DNA of 64,000 bases from an uncultured virus (IMG/VR IMGVR_UViG_3300048503_000017). Its lineage: Duplodnaviria > Heunggongvirae > Uroviricota > Caudoviricetes. The translations under genes and the position numbers were made by a program. Every line of letters starts with the position of its first letter. Positions within the stretch are counted from its first letter, which is position 1. Below are positions 36,774-46,700 of the stretch, one piece after another. The notes below the pieces were generated by a model, which saw only the letters and a list, made by a program, of their open reading frames with translations, ran no database searches and had not been told where the DNA came from. Where the stretch lies: IMG/VR virus record IMGVR_UViG_3300048503_000017. One strand, given 5' to 3'.

Positions 36774-37055
36774 TCAAACAGACGTGGGATATAACTGATC
36801 GCAGCGATGCGTACCTCGCGCCGCTGGTTTCCACAAATTTCCGAAAGTTACGCCCACCGACCCGCCGATAGCGCCGCCTGCGATCTGAGCCGCTTCGTCG
36901 GACGTGCAGTCGTCGTACTCGTACAGCGACGGCCCCCGGCTACCTTTGGCAAGGAAGAGGATTCTCCCCTGGCTGGTTTCTGCGTTGAACAACACTTGGT
37001 CGATCTGTGAACTTGCTTGCGACGGTATTACCTCAAAACCGCTTTCGTCTGCCAT
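36774..37055 (-). CDS. KTSC-like protein, C-terminus probably altered
   Basis: SSQIDQV.F......ILF...LYEY...SVG.TF pattern. Confidence 0.55.
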   Translation of the reverse strand: MADESGFEVIPSQASSQIDQVLFNAETSQGRILFLAKGSRGPSLYEYDDCTSDEAAQIAGGAIGGSVGVTFGNLWKPAARGTHRCDQLYPTSV

Positions 37056-37056
37056 G

Positions 37057-37437
37057 TTACTTTCCCTCCATTGGAATTCCGAGTTTAGTGCAAACTTCTT
37101 CCACCGTTCCGTCCACAAACCGCTTACCGGCAGCACATATAACGCACGTTGGCTCTTCATTTTGACAACCAACCCCGATTACATCGTTAGCGTCGATTAC
37201 AAGGCTCCCCGTACCTTTTCCTAAGTTGCACTTGAGCGTAACCCATCGCGGCGATCTCATCAGCGGGTTGGCAATCTTCGCTAGATGCTCGTTGGCTTCG
37301 GCAAGCTGAGCCGCTACCTCGGAGAGCAGAGAAAGAGCAAGGGAATTAAATCCAGCCTCGTGTTCGGCCACAGACGTTGAATTGAGTATCTGCTCTTGCA
37401 ACTTCTCGTTGAGTGTTCTGATGTCTTTGGCTTTCAT
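37057..37437 (-). CDS. hypothetical protein
   Basis: 126-aa ORF, GGAG RBS. Confidence 0.6.
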   Translation of the reverse strand: MKAKDIRTLNEKLQEQILNSTSVAEHEAGFNSLALSLLSEVAAQLAEANEHLAKIANPLMRSPRWVTLKCNLGKGTGSLVIDANDVIGVGCQNEEPTCVICAAGKRFVDGTVEEVCTKLGIPMEGK

Positions 37438-37498
37438 CGGTTACGCTCCTGCACTTGCAACGGCTTTTCCATCCCCAATACCTCCACTCCAAATTTTG

Positions 37499-37900
37499 GG
37501 GAACTATCCCTTTAACTCCCTGAACTGTTTTGGGCTCAACGCAACGATCCGTTGAGCACCGTTGATGGTTGCGATTACTCTTGCTGGAGACTCGCTGATG
37601 TCTATTACTTCCCCTTCTTCGATCCAGCCATGAAAACAAGGGTATTCAAGCGACGGCTCTACGGTAAGCAAAGCAAATTTATCGCCGGTACGTTTCCATT
37701 GTGGGTTTTGCCAAGGTGCGGCATCTTTGCTATCTACCGGATTCGAGAAATAGACAGCAAGACGGTGGGAGGGTCCACACTTCGGGCAATCAAGAATAAG
37801 CCCTTCGCCACTGTTCGGCCTCAGCAGCCCACACCACTTCGGATTTAGATCAAGCAAGTGAGTCATTTTTTGCTCCACGGGAGTTAAAGGGATAGTTCCC
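37499..37900. mobile_element. 402-bp non-autonomous insertion cassette (MITE/MIC-like) with a passenger gene
   Basis: perfect 22-bp TIRs GGGAACTATCCCTTTAACTCCC (37499-37520) and its reverse complement (37879-37900); 8-bp direct repeat AAATTTTG at 37491-37498 and 37901-37908. Confidence 0.85.
37504..37866 (-). CDS. DUF6527-like protein (cassette passenger)
   Basis: CPKCG..H...W......LTVEPS....CFHGWIEEG; stop codon lies in the TIR. Confidence 0.65.
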   Translation of the reverse strand: MTHLLDLNPKWCGLLRPNSGEGLILDCPKCGPSHRLAVYFSNPVDSKDAAPWQNPQWKRTGDKFALLTVEPSLEYPCFHGWIEEGEVIDISESPARVIATINGAQRIVALSPKQFRELKG

Positions 37901-38009
37901 AAATTTTGGAATCCCGCGTTCCCGGTTAGGCGTATACGCGGACCCACGCCATTAAGACGGCCTACACTGAACCGTTCCGGTTTCCGACAGCGGCGAGACT
38001 GACGGAATC

Positions 38010-39431
38010 TCAATCAGGTAAGTAGTCAGCCCACGATTCCTCTCCAGTGCAGAGCTTTTCCATCCACTCGTACTTCCCAACTTCAAGGTCGGAAAGATGC
38101 TGCTCTGCGCGGTCTGGATACATGGCCGCGAGTACCTTCTTGATGTTCTCTTCCGTGAAGCCGGTCGTCTTCTTGTTCTGGCTGGCAATGCTGTAGAGCC
38201 GCTGCGCCCGCCTCCTTCCGATTGTCCCCGGCTTCGTCGTCGTCGGCAAATTCGAGGCCGTTGTTACCTGCCCGTTCTTCTTCAAGTCCTCGATCACCGC
38301 TTGGCCCTCGGGTTGCTTCTCGCCAAACATTTCATCGGCCACAGCCGCTGCATCCGGCGCCAGCGTCTTCTCCTCAACCTTCGTGACCTCTCCCTCTTGA
38401 ACTGGAGATAGTTCAATCAAAGCCGCACAGGACCAAAAATCACCCTTCTCGTTTTGTGCGCTCTTCAGTTTGTCAGTCCACTTGCGAACCGCACGGAACT
38501 TGATGAAGTTACCCGCTATCATGTCGCCGTCGATGTTCTTCTCATCCACGGCTATGATTAAGGGTTCTCCCTTGACTGTGATCCAAAGACTGCCGCTCTT
38601 GGCTTGCTTGGCGCTTTCGATGATGCCGGAGATTTCCTTCTCGTTAGTCGCGGCAGCGGTCCCACCAGTCGTTGAACCAGTCGTCGTCGCATTCCCCGAA
38701 ACCGCCTGGGCCGAAGTCTTTGTGTCCGCCTCCTTCGCGGCCTTCTCGCTGGCACGGGTCGGCTGCTGGACCGGAGGCTTCGTTTCACGTCCACCACCGC
38801 CGCGATCAAAGTCCTCATGGCCGGTCAATTCCTCGGCTGGCGTCGGCTTGTACCCGGCGAGTACGACAAACCATGAGAAAACACCCTTGAGAGCCTTCGC
38901 CTCCGCGCGTGTCTGCGCCATCGACCTAAGCTGAAAGAGAGGCTTGCTCTTAGTCCCCGCCGCTACCTTTTCCGCCTCGTAACCGCCCTTACCTTTACGC
39001 AGATTGGCGTTCCAAATCTTTTTTCCGTTGGCGTCGAGTTTGTCCTTCCACTCGTAAACCGTAACGTCTCCCCAATTTTCTTCTTCGTCTAAACACATCG
39101 ACTCCGCGCGGCCAATCTCGTTCATCGTGTTCATGTCGATCACAACCGCAACGGCTTCGAATCCCCTCGTTGTGCCGCCGTTCCCATCAGGAAACTCAAC
39201 ATAGTGGGTTTCAATGCTTTTTGCTGTGCAGTTAAAGAAGCGACCCGCCGTACCCCAGTCCTCTCGCTCAAGGTATTGTTCATTGTTGAACACCACCTTG
39301 TTTTCTTTCATATCAAGGACGTTCTTCAACGCAACAGCGGCTTTCTTTGCCTGAGCTAATACCTCTTCCGGCTCACGCCACTGCGCAAGCGCCGATGATC
39401 CTTCGTAGTGCGTGATTGCCGTAGTGCTCAT
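38010..39431 (-). CDS. putative single-strand annealing recombinase (Rad52/ERF-like)
   Basis: GRAESMC...RSMAQTRAEAKAL...TPAEEL N-domain plus low-complexity linker; near exonuclease genes. Confidence 0.55.
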   Translation of the reverse strand: MSTTAITHYEGSSALAQWREPEEVLAQAKKAAVALKNVLDMKENKVVFNNEQYLEREDWGTAGRFFNCTAKSIETHYVEFPDGNGGTTRGFEAVAVVIDMNTMNEIGRAESMCLDEEENWGDVTVYEWKDKLDANGKKIWNANLRKGKGGYEAEKVAAGTKSKPLFQLRSMAQTRAEAKALKGVFSWFVVLAGYKPTPAEELTGHEDFDRGGGGRETKPPVQQPTRASEKAAKEADTKTSAQAVSGNATTTGSTTGGTAAATNEKEISGIIESAKQAKSGSLWITVKGEPLIIAVDEKNIDGDMIAGNFIKFRAVRKWTDKLKSAQNEKGDFWSCAALIELSPVQEGEVTKVEEKTLAPDAAAVADEMFGEKQPEGQAVIEDLKKNGQVTTASNLPTTTKPGTIGRRRAQRLYSIASQNKKTTGFTEENIKKVLAAMYPDRAEQHLSDLEVGKYEWMEKLCTGEESWADYLPD

Positions 39432-39442
39432 CTCACCCTCCA

Positions 39443-40150
39443 TTACTCCGGTGCTCCTGCCATGAATTCCGATTTGAACTGGTAGCCATCTCTCTCTGCT
39501 TCCCAGTCTGATTGCTTTTGCCCCTTCCACCAGATTTTCTTATCGGGGTTCCAGCGGAAGTTGAAGTCTTTTGCTTTCTGATTGTCGTTGTACGTTACCA
39601 ACGCCTGAACGTATATGACAGGCTCTTTAGACCGCGCAATGATGGCGTCGAGGTCGTAGTTGGAAGCAATCTTCAGCATCGTCAAAACATCAAATAAAGA
39701 CCTGTGCTTCCACGGAGAAACGAATCCGTGCTCAGCCGCCAAGTGTGTAAGGTTCCGCGTCTTGACGCCCTCTGGGTACTTAATGTCTTCCATGCTACAA
39801 AGCCACGGAACCTGCCACTCTCCTTGGCCCGTCCTTACCCTTGCGGCTTCGATGAAGCCTCGATCAAACTTGGCATTGTGGGCCATCGTGTAATCGGCCA
39901 GCATACGAATCGTCCACAACCGCTCACACGCCTCTTCTTCCAGAATGCCGTACTTGAGAATCATCTCCGGTGTGATGCCGGTCAACTTCACTATTTCTTC
40001 GGGGATTTCAATTTCGTGGTCTACCAGTATTGAAATCATTTGAACTGGAATTTTCGTATCCCAATCCCATAACACCGCCGCGATCTCGATGATCCTGTCC
40101 GGCTCAGGTTCAAGCCCTGTAGTCTCCGTGTCCAAACCCAATACGAGCAT
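39443..40150 (-). CDS. DEDDh 3'-5' exonuclease (DnaQ-like)
   Basis: LDTETTG, AHNAKFD, HRSLFD. Confidence 0.9.
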   Translation of the reverse strand: MLVLGLDTETTGLEPEPDRIIEIAAVLWDWDTKIPVQMISILVDHEIEIPEEIVKLTGITPEMILKYGILEEEACERLWTIRMLADYTMAHNAKFDRGFIEAARVRTGQGEWQVPWLCSMEDIKYPEGVKTRNLTHLAAEHGFVSPWKHRSLFDVLTMLKIASNYDLDAIIARSKEPVIYVQALVTYNDNQKAKDFNFRWNPDKKIWWKGQKQSDWEAERDGYQFKSEFMAGAPE

Positions 40151-40185
40151 TTACCCCTCCCTCGTCCACTCCAAAATTTGGAGTC

Positions 40186-40503
40186 CTAACCTTTTGGTTC
40201 CTTCAGAGATTCCCACTGACCGAGCGTAGACCGAAGTCTCTGAAGTTCATCCTTAGAACTCTCAACCTTTTTCTTCGCCCGCCTGACCGCTTCAGCCTTA
40301 GCCTCCACAAAGGACGAAAAGAAGTCGTCGCGGCTTTCTCTGCGCTCTCTTGTCCTGTGCGACCGATCAAACCTTATTTCATCTTCCAAATAAGTGACGA
40401 AGTGATCTGTAACGGCCACAACCCTGACTGGTTCAATCTCCACAGAGTACCGCTTTATTCTCCACCACACCCCAATAGGTTCGCGCACCACTTTCGACTC
40501 CAT
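40186..40503 (-). CDS. hypothetical protein
   Basis: TGATG coupling, RBS. Confidence 0.6.
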   Translation of the reverse strand: MESKVVREPIGVWWRIKRYSVEIEPVRVVAVTDHFVTYLEDEIRFDRSHRTRERRESRDDFFSSFVEAKAEAVRRAKKKVESSKDELQRLRSTLGQWESLKEPKG

Positions 40504-40910
40504 CAGCCCTCCCTCAACTTCCTGACCACTTCAATTTCCGCTTCCGTGAGAACCGCTTTGCCGTTCAAGTAAAAACGACCATGAAGCAATTCCTTCCGCA
40601 GTTTCTTCAGTTCCTCAACTTCAAAATCAGTCAATACGGCTTTCTCGTTCAACCGGACAAACTTGTTCGTTCCGTACAGGTCAACCAAAGCCACAATCCG
40701 AGCAAGCGAGGGAATCAATTTTTCTTGCTCCCAACGGGATACCGACGATTGGTTGCAGCCATTCAGCTTTTCAGCCACATTCAAGAGCGACAGTTTCGAC
40801 GCGATCCTTGCAGATGTAAGAGCCTTGCCATTCACCGTAAGCAGTTTCGTTTCTTTGTACATAACGAAGATAGTGTTGCACGTTAATTCCATACCGTCAA
40901 ATAGCACCAT
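40503..40910 (-). CDS. XRE-family HTH regulator
   Basis: ARIASKLSLLNVAEKL.GCNQSSVSRWEQ...PSLARI..L; start uncertain. Confidence 0.75.
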   Translation of the reverse strand: MVLFDGMELTCNTIFVMYKETKLLTVNGKALTSARIASKLSLLNVAEKLNGCNQSSVSRWEQEKLIPSLARIVALVDLYGTNKFVRLNEKAVLTDFEVEELKKLRKELLHGRFYLNGKAVLTEAEIEVVRKLREG

Positions 40911-40981
40911 GCTGCGGCTTTGCCCATTCCAAATTTTGGAATCGCGTTTCTGGTTGCAAGTCGATGTAGGCACAATAGATA

Positions 40982-41245
40982 ATGATTTTCATGAAGACTC
41001 AGAAGCCCAAAACCGTGAAGAAGCAGACCATCAAGAAGGCCGTCAAGAAGACCCCATCGAAGCCAAAGGTGAAGCTGTCGAAGGCCGACCCCTCGTACTA
41101 CGCCAAAATCGGCGCGATCAGTGCGGCCAAAAGAAAGATCTCTAAAGAGTTCTTTTCTGCCATGGCGGTCAAAAGTCATGCGGCTGGTTCCCGCCCAGAC
41201 AGATACAAAGGGGGACGCAAGCCTAAGCCCACAGAAGAGGCATAG
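40982..41245 (+). CDS. Lys-rich small basic protein
   Basis: KK repeats, YYAKIG...GGRKPK; divergent orientation. Confidence 0.55.
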   Translation: MIFMKTQKPKTVKKQTIKKAVKKTPSKPKVKLSKADPSYYAKIGAISAAKRKISKEFFSAMAVKSHAAGSRPDRYKGGRKPKPTEEA

Positions 41246-42281
41246 TCGGGGAGCCTAGCCTCTCCGGTCGATACCCTGCGGCTTTCCACGCCTCCCACGG
41301 AACTCCATCCGGCCACTGCTTGCTAGGCTTGTCGTAGGCCCCGATTACCCACCGCTGAAACCCCACCAACTCCTGAGTCCTCACGAACGGCATCGGGTAC
41401 GGCCTTGCGCCGAACTCCCGCAGCCGCTTTCTACGATGGTCCCAGGTTGCGAAGGCTTTGTCGTAGGGCCAGTATCCACACAGGATGTAGACCATGATGT
41501 GATCCGGCTTCACACCGTACTTGACGAGTCGTTCTAACCCAGCAATGAGTATGTCTTCATCTGGCAGGTTGTCCCAGGCTGTATAGATGCGCTTGACCGT
41601 CATTCCATCGTCGCGGTAATCAACTGAGGCAATCGCTTCCGCTGCTTCGTCGGTAAGGAATCGCGCATTGATACCCTGATTGAAACTGACCTTGAATCCG
41701 CCTTCCCGTATTTCTGCTATCCGCTGCCGCCACTCCGGTTGGCCGAAGAAATCATTATCGAGCAAGTGGAGGTGTCTCGGATACGGGTCGCCGCGCCACA
41801 CCTGATAGACATTCTGAATCCCCTTCAATTCCGGTTCTTTGCTTGGGACCGCGCAGAACCCGCATTTCTTGCGGCATCCACGCTGCGTAAAGCCAAGAGA
41901 CGCCTGATAGGTTGGGAACCATGAGTAATCTAGGCACTCTGCGGTTTCGCCGATGTCGATGCCTAACTTCTCTATCGTCGTCGGCTTTGAGGCGATTACC
42001 GGAGACAGTGGGACGAGTTCCCCTTTTCTGGCCGGGTCAATGCCTGTTCCGCCAAGATGCGCTTGCGGGTACCTGCGCTTGAATCTTTCAGCCAGCGGAA
42101 TCGTCTTCCGAAAGATAGCAGAACCGTACACTAGATCCGGTTCGCGGCCAAACATGGTCACTTCAAAGGCCGCTCCGAACCGATATTCAATCTCATCTCC
42201 GCGTAAACGATGATGCGTTGCGATCCTCATCAAAGCAAGGTTCGGCAACTTTCCGTCAAGTTGGCAGAGCATTACGCGCAT
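41223..42281 (-). CDS. radical SAM protein
   Basis: DGKLPNLALM N-domain; QRGCRKKCGFCAVP CxxxCxxC; LLDNDF; NQGINAR. Confidence 0.85.
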   Translation of the reverse strand: MRVMLCQLDGKLPNLALMRIATHHRLRGDEIEYRFGAAFEVTMFGREPDLVYGSAIFRKTIPLAERFKRRYPQAHLGGTGIDPARKGELVPLSPVIASKPTTIEKLGIDIGETAECLDYSWFPTYQASLGFTQRGCRKKCGFCAVPSKEPELKGIQNVYQVWRGDPYPRHLHLLDNDFFGQPEWRQRIAEIREGGFKVSFNQGINARFLTDEAAEAIASVDYRDDGMTVKRIYTAWDNLPDEDILIAGLERLVKYGVKPDHIMVYILCGYWPYDKAFATWDHRRKRLREFGARPYPMPFVRTQELVGFQRWVIGAYDKPSKQWPDGVPWEAWKAAGYRPERLGSPTMPLLWA

Positions 42282-42305
42282 ATTCTCCGAGTATATACTG
42301 CGAAC

Positions 42306-42944
42306 ATGTCCGATATTCCTCAACGCTGGCTCAGTCTCACTGGCATAAGCGCCACTCTCAACTTGACCGGCACTCAGATTAAGCTCCTCCACAAACAGCG
42401 ATACCTCGTGCGGATCGGGAAGCGCCCCCAGGACTACCGATACCTCGACCCCACCCCCGAGTACGCCGAACGCCTACGGCTTGCGGCGGTCATGCTCTCA
42501 AAAAACTCCCAGGTCAACATCGACCTCCCCATGACCTTCCTGCTCACAGCTAGGGAGGTTGCGGAGATTATGGGCTGGAGTTTGCGCTATGCCAGAGACT
42601 TCCTCGAAGACACTAAAGCACCTTGCTGGAAGGCGAAAAACAGGGCTAAACTATTTTCCGTATCAACCGTGAGAGACCTTCTGTTCAAAAGACAGGGCAG
42701 GCACCTACACAAACAAAAGGCTCCGTTCCTGTTGCCCGAATTAGTAGCCTTTGCCAAGCGGTTTATCGACTCCGAGGCCGCTATCGTCCCAACCGACGAG
42801 CAATTCAAAGCCGATGCGGAACTCCAAAAAAAGATGGAATTAGTCATGCGACAGAGCAGCCCCGGCAGGGAGGTCATGCTGGCTGATCTTTTGGAGAAAC
42901 TGGAGTTGGCGAAACAGGTAGTCCAAACTTTGGAATCTAAATGA
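42306..42944 (+). CDS. HTH DNA-binding protein (excisionase-like HTH segment)
   Basis: LLTAREVAEIMGWS; divergent from the radical SAM gene. Confidence 0.55.
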   Translation: MSDIPQRWLSLTGISATLNLTGTQIKLLHKQRYLVRIGKRPQDYRYLDPTPEYAERLRLAAVMLSKNSQVNIDLPMTFLLTAREVAEIMGWSLRYARDFLEDTKAPCWKAKNRAKLFSVSTVRDLLFKRQGRHLHKQKAPFLLPELVAFAKRFIDSEAAIVPTDEQFKADAELQKKMELVMRQSSPGREVMLADLLEKLELAKQVVQTLESK

Positions 42945-43082
42945 TGCAGACAGGATTGGGTACCTGCCGACCGTTGGCCCGTTTATGAAGCGCCTCTAAA
43001 TGCTTCCCGGTACGCCTAATTGTTCCGCGCGAACTCACGCCGCATCATGTAGGCAGTATACACCTAATTCCAAATTTTGGAA

Positions 43083-43277
43083 TCAGCGTGAGGCTTTGCG
43101 GGTCTTCGCCTTGCGCTTCCCGGCCTTCTTCACTGCGGCGTTGGCCCCACGAATCGCTCGCGCATCGTCCCCGGTTCGCTCAAGGATGGAATTTGCGACC
43201 TTACTCCACTGGCGCTTGCGCTTCGGAGACTTGGCGCGGTGTGTTTTGTTGTGCGCGTCTTTCGCTGTCCATGGCAT
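43083..43277 (-). CDS. small basic ChaB-like protein
   Basis: MPW...RQW.KVANS.L....DDARAIR.AN. Confidence 0.55.
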   Translation of the reverse strand: MPWTAKDAHNKTHRAKSPKRKRQWSKVANSILERTGDDARAIRGANAAVKKAGKRKAKTRKASR

Positions 43278-43283
43278 TGCGGT

Positions 43284-43736
43284 TTATCTCCGTGATGCTT
43301 TTTCCCACTCGATCATGCCTTCGAGCCAAAGTTTGCGGCTTTCGGAATGCAACTTGGCAGCATTAGTGCAGATTGCGCGTCCCTCTGCGCTTAGTTTGCC
43401 AGACTTGGAAAATAATTCACGAATGCTGCGGCTAATTTTAACCAACCCAGCCTCTATCTGAGTAACCCCAGAGACTACCTTGTTGCCTTCTGCGATGAAT
43501 TTTCCGCCATCCTCTTGACGCTCTTCGGCTCGATAAGATTCTTCAAAGAGCCTATCCGCTTCGGCGCGGAGACCATCAGACGTGTCACTAATCCTGTCCG
43601 ACTCCTCTGATAACTTATCGGCTTCGTCGAAGAGTTTATCGGCTTCGTCGAAGAGTTTATCGGCTTCGTCGAAGAGACTGTTCCCTTCAACAAAAATCCC
43701 GATGCTGTCTTCAAATTTCTTCTGGGCAGCGTCCAT
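43284..43736 (-). CDS. coiled-coil protein with 21-bp tandem repeat (43615-43676)
   Basis: LFDEADK x3; AAGGAG RBS. Confidence 0.6.
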   Translation of the reverse strand: MDAAQKKFEDSIGIFVEGNSLFDEADKLFDEADKLFDEADKLSEESDRISDTSDGLRAEADRLFEESYRAEERQEDGGKFIAEGNKVVSGVTQIEAGLVKISRSIRELFSKSGKLSAEGRAICTNAAKLHSESRKLWLEGMIEWEKASRR

Positions 43737-43768
43737 TTACTTTCTCCTTGTTAGCAGTATAGCGCCAA

Positions 43769-46700
43769 TCATCTCGGTGGCGGTTTGATTCCCATTACAC
43801 TCTCAAACGGCGGGAACTGCCTTAAAGCCGGGACTTGACCTTCAAGGTACTTCCCTACAGATTGCTTGATCTTCTCAGGTTTCTTCAACGGCATTCTTCG
43901 GCCGGACTCGATCTGGCCGATGCGGGCAAGCTCCTCAGCCGTCTTGAACAAATCATCGTAAAAGCTGCCCGCGATATGTTCAACCAAGTCTGGAACCATG
44001 TACTCGAATCCCTTTCCTGCTTTCTTCAGTTCTCCAGCCGCAAGGTCAAGGAACGGATTCGTTACAGATCTCACCATATCCCATCCGTAAGCCAGCGTGT
44101 AGCCGTCGACGATGAACTTCAAAAGCTCTGCGGCTTCGGGATGCTCGAACGTCTGCTTCAGATTCTCGATGTACGTGTCCCAGGAGTCCTTTTCATGCTT
44201 GTGGCCGGTGAGCCCTTCAAAGCCCTTGTGGATGACGTGCTTCGCTCCAGCGCCGGTTGCCGCTAGCATCTGGCCGAGGATGGGTGAGGCTACCAATGCG
44301 TAAGCCAGCGGCTTGTAATTGTGGTGAACCACAACCTCTTCGTAAAGTTGCTCTCTCAAGAGTGATGTTGCCTTCAGGGTGAAAGACTCAAGAGCATAGG
44401 TTAACCGCACGGCCCTGAATAGTCCAATTGCCGGCTTTGACGCTCCCTTGGCGATTTCGTGCCTTGCCAACTGTGGCATCTGAAGTGGGTCGTCCGAGAA
44501 TGTAGTGAGGTTGGCAAACGCAGTTTGAGCCCGCCCAATATCCCCTGGTGAGAATCGTCCGCTCGCAACTGCATCGTCAATCGATCCATTTCCAATCAGG
44601 AACGTATCGCTCAAGAGCCTGCGCGTGTTCTCTGCGTCCCTGCCTCCCCTCTTCAGTTCCTTGATAGCGTACTGATCGAGATACACTCTTGCGGATTCGC
44701 CTGAGAGTGCTCTGACCATCTTGTATGACGCTTCAAACATTTCTTTACGAAGAATCTGTCTTACCGGAGCGGCTTGTCTTTCACCGAAGACAATATCCGC
44801 TGCGCTCAACTGCCGCGTCAAAACTCCAACGTATCCGGCGTTTTCCATTACTTCTCTTGGATGAATTGCCAGATGCGCGAAAGCCTTTGCCAGCGGCAAC
44901 ACTTTACCATGCATTCCAATTGGAACCAACCCTAAGTGGAACGGGATCTTGAAAGCAGAATACGTCATTTTCGATGCGGCTTCATATGCGATGGCCGCGT
45001 TGTAAATCTTAGCCGTTATGTCATTCCAATTCTGCGGCTCAAGCGTACTGCGGAACATCGATTGCAAAGTCTCGATGCCGTTGATGTCGTTGATCTTCCT
45101 GATTTCAGTGTTGAGCTTCTGATTCTCAGGCCCAAAGTTCCTCGCCTGCGCTGTCGCCTCCGCTACTTGATCGAAGTATCCGACAAGAGTTGGATAGTCC
45201 CTCTTGATGTACGGGAAGTTTACTTCTCTTGCCCGGTGAATGTTGCTCAGGACCGGCGCCTTCGGAGTGTGCCGATTCAGATATTCGTATACCTGTTGAT
45301 AGGTATACGGCTTTAACTCGGGGATGTTGGCGATGATCCGCTTTCTGATCTCCTCGTTCTTCTCCTTCATCATTTCGCGGAGGTCTAACTTCTTTCCGGT
45401 TTTCGGATCAGTAACTTCCTGATCCCAGTTGATGCGATGCGGATAGTACTTCGGATCTTCACCGAAGTCCTTGCCATAACGGGCAACAATCTTCCCGGTG
45501 TGGTCTCTCACTCCGACTCCGGACTTAGACAAGTCTTCATGGGCCATCCGCATCATGTCTGAGAGATCTGCGGCTATGGCGTTGATTCGAGGATCGGCGC
45601 TCGTCTCCTTCTCCTGCCCTTCCAACACACGGGTTATCGTCCAAACGGCTTTCTTGTCGTCGGTCTTAATGCCGTTACGCTTGAACGTGTCCTCCATTAG
45701 ATTCCAATACTGACTTCTGGCTACGTCGTAGTCGGCCCTGTAGTTGCGGTTCATCAACTTCAGGTTCTTTCCGACTTCCGGCTTTCCTGCTCTGCGGGCG
45801 ATGTTCTCCATGCCCAATTCTTGACTCAGAATGAGCCCGTAGTAGGGGAAAGGTCTTCCGCTTCTCAGTTGAGAATCCATTGACTGACGTGCTGTGTTTG
45901 TTTTGTCCCGGTCCAGGGGTAAATCTGTTTCGGTTGTGGCCGTTGCCGCCGACAACCCGACTGCGGTTTTGACTTCTGTAGATTCCAAATTTTGGAGTTC
46001 TGCCGGGACTGCCCTCCCAGACGCCACGGCGTTTCCAAGCCTGTCAATTTCATTCTTTGCCCTTGCATCCTCCGGCGAGTCTGGAGGCCGCAACTCAAAC
46101 TTCGACTGGTAGAGACTGCTCCAGTCCCCTCCGGCGACAGCCTCCCCATACTTCATACCCTTGTGTTTCGCTTCTTCCGCCGATGGAAAACTGATCGCAG
46201 ACCAATCCTGAATGCCTACATTCCTCTGCTTTGAACGTACTTGGAACTGGGTAGCATTGACCTTCATTTCGTTGCCTTCGGCATAGGCTAACTGGTCTTG
46301 ACGCTCCCTCACTTTCTCTTCGTCGGTGTACGTCGACATCACGTTTGCAAGTGAGTCTTTCTCTCCCAACACTGCGGCCCGGAGCGCCTTCATGCGGGGT
46401 CCAACCTTCGTCTGCATGAGGCGAATGTCCGGCTCTGAGTCGGTTGCCAAAAAGACTGCGTGGACATCGGACTTGACGCCAAACCGCCACGGCCGGCCCA
46501 TCGCCTGCTCTAACAGGACACCTGAGTACGGCGGTCCAAGGTAGATTGCGACTATCGGCTTGTCCCCTCCTTTGACATTAAGCTCTGGATAGTCGGCATC
46601 GTGCATGTCAACCCCGATACCGCCTCCCGCATAACTCGCATACAGCATTGGAACTTCTCCCTTGAGAAAGTCCGTGCGGGCTTTTTCTCTTGCAGCATCG

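Noticed and set aside
37504..38013. 169-aa ORF as listed in the track
   Set aside because: The N-terminal extension crosses the TIR/TSD boundary; the RBS-supported start is 37866.
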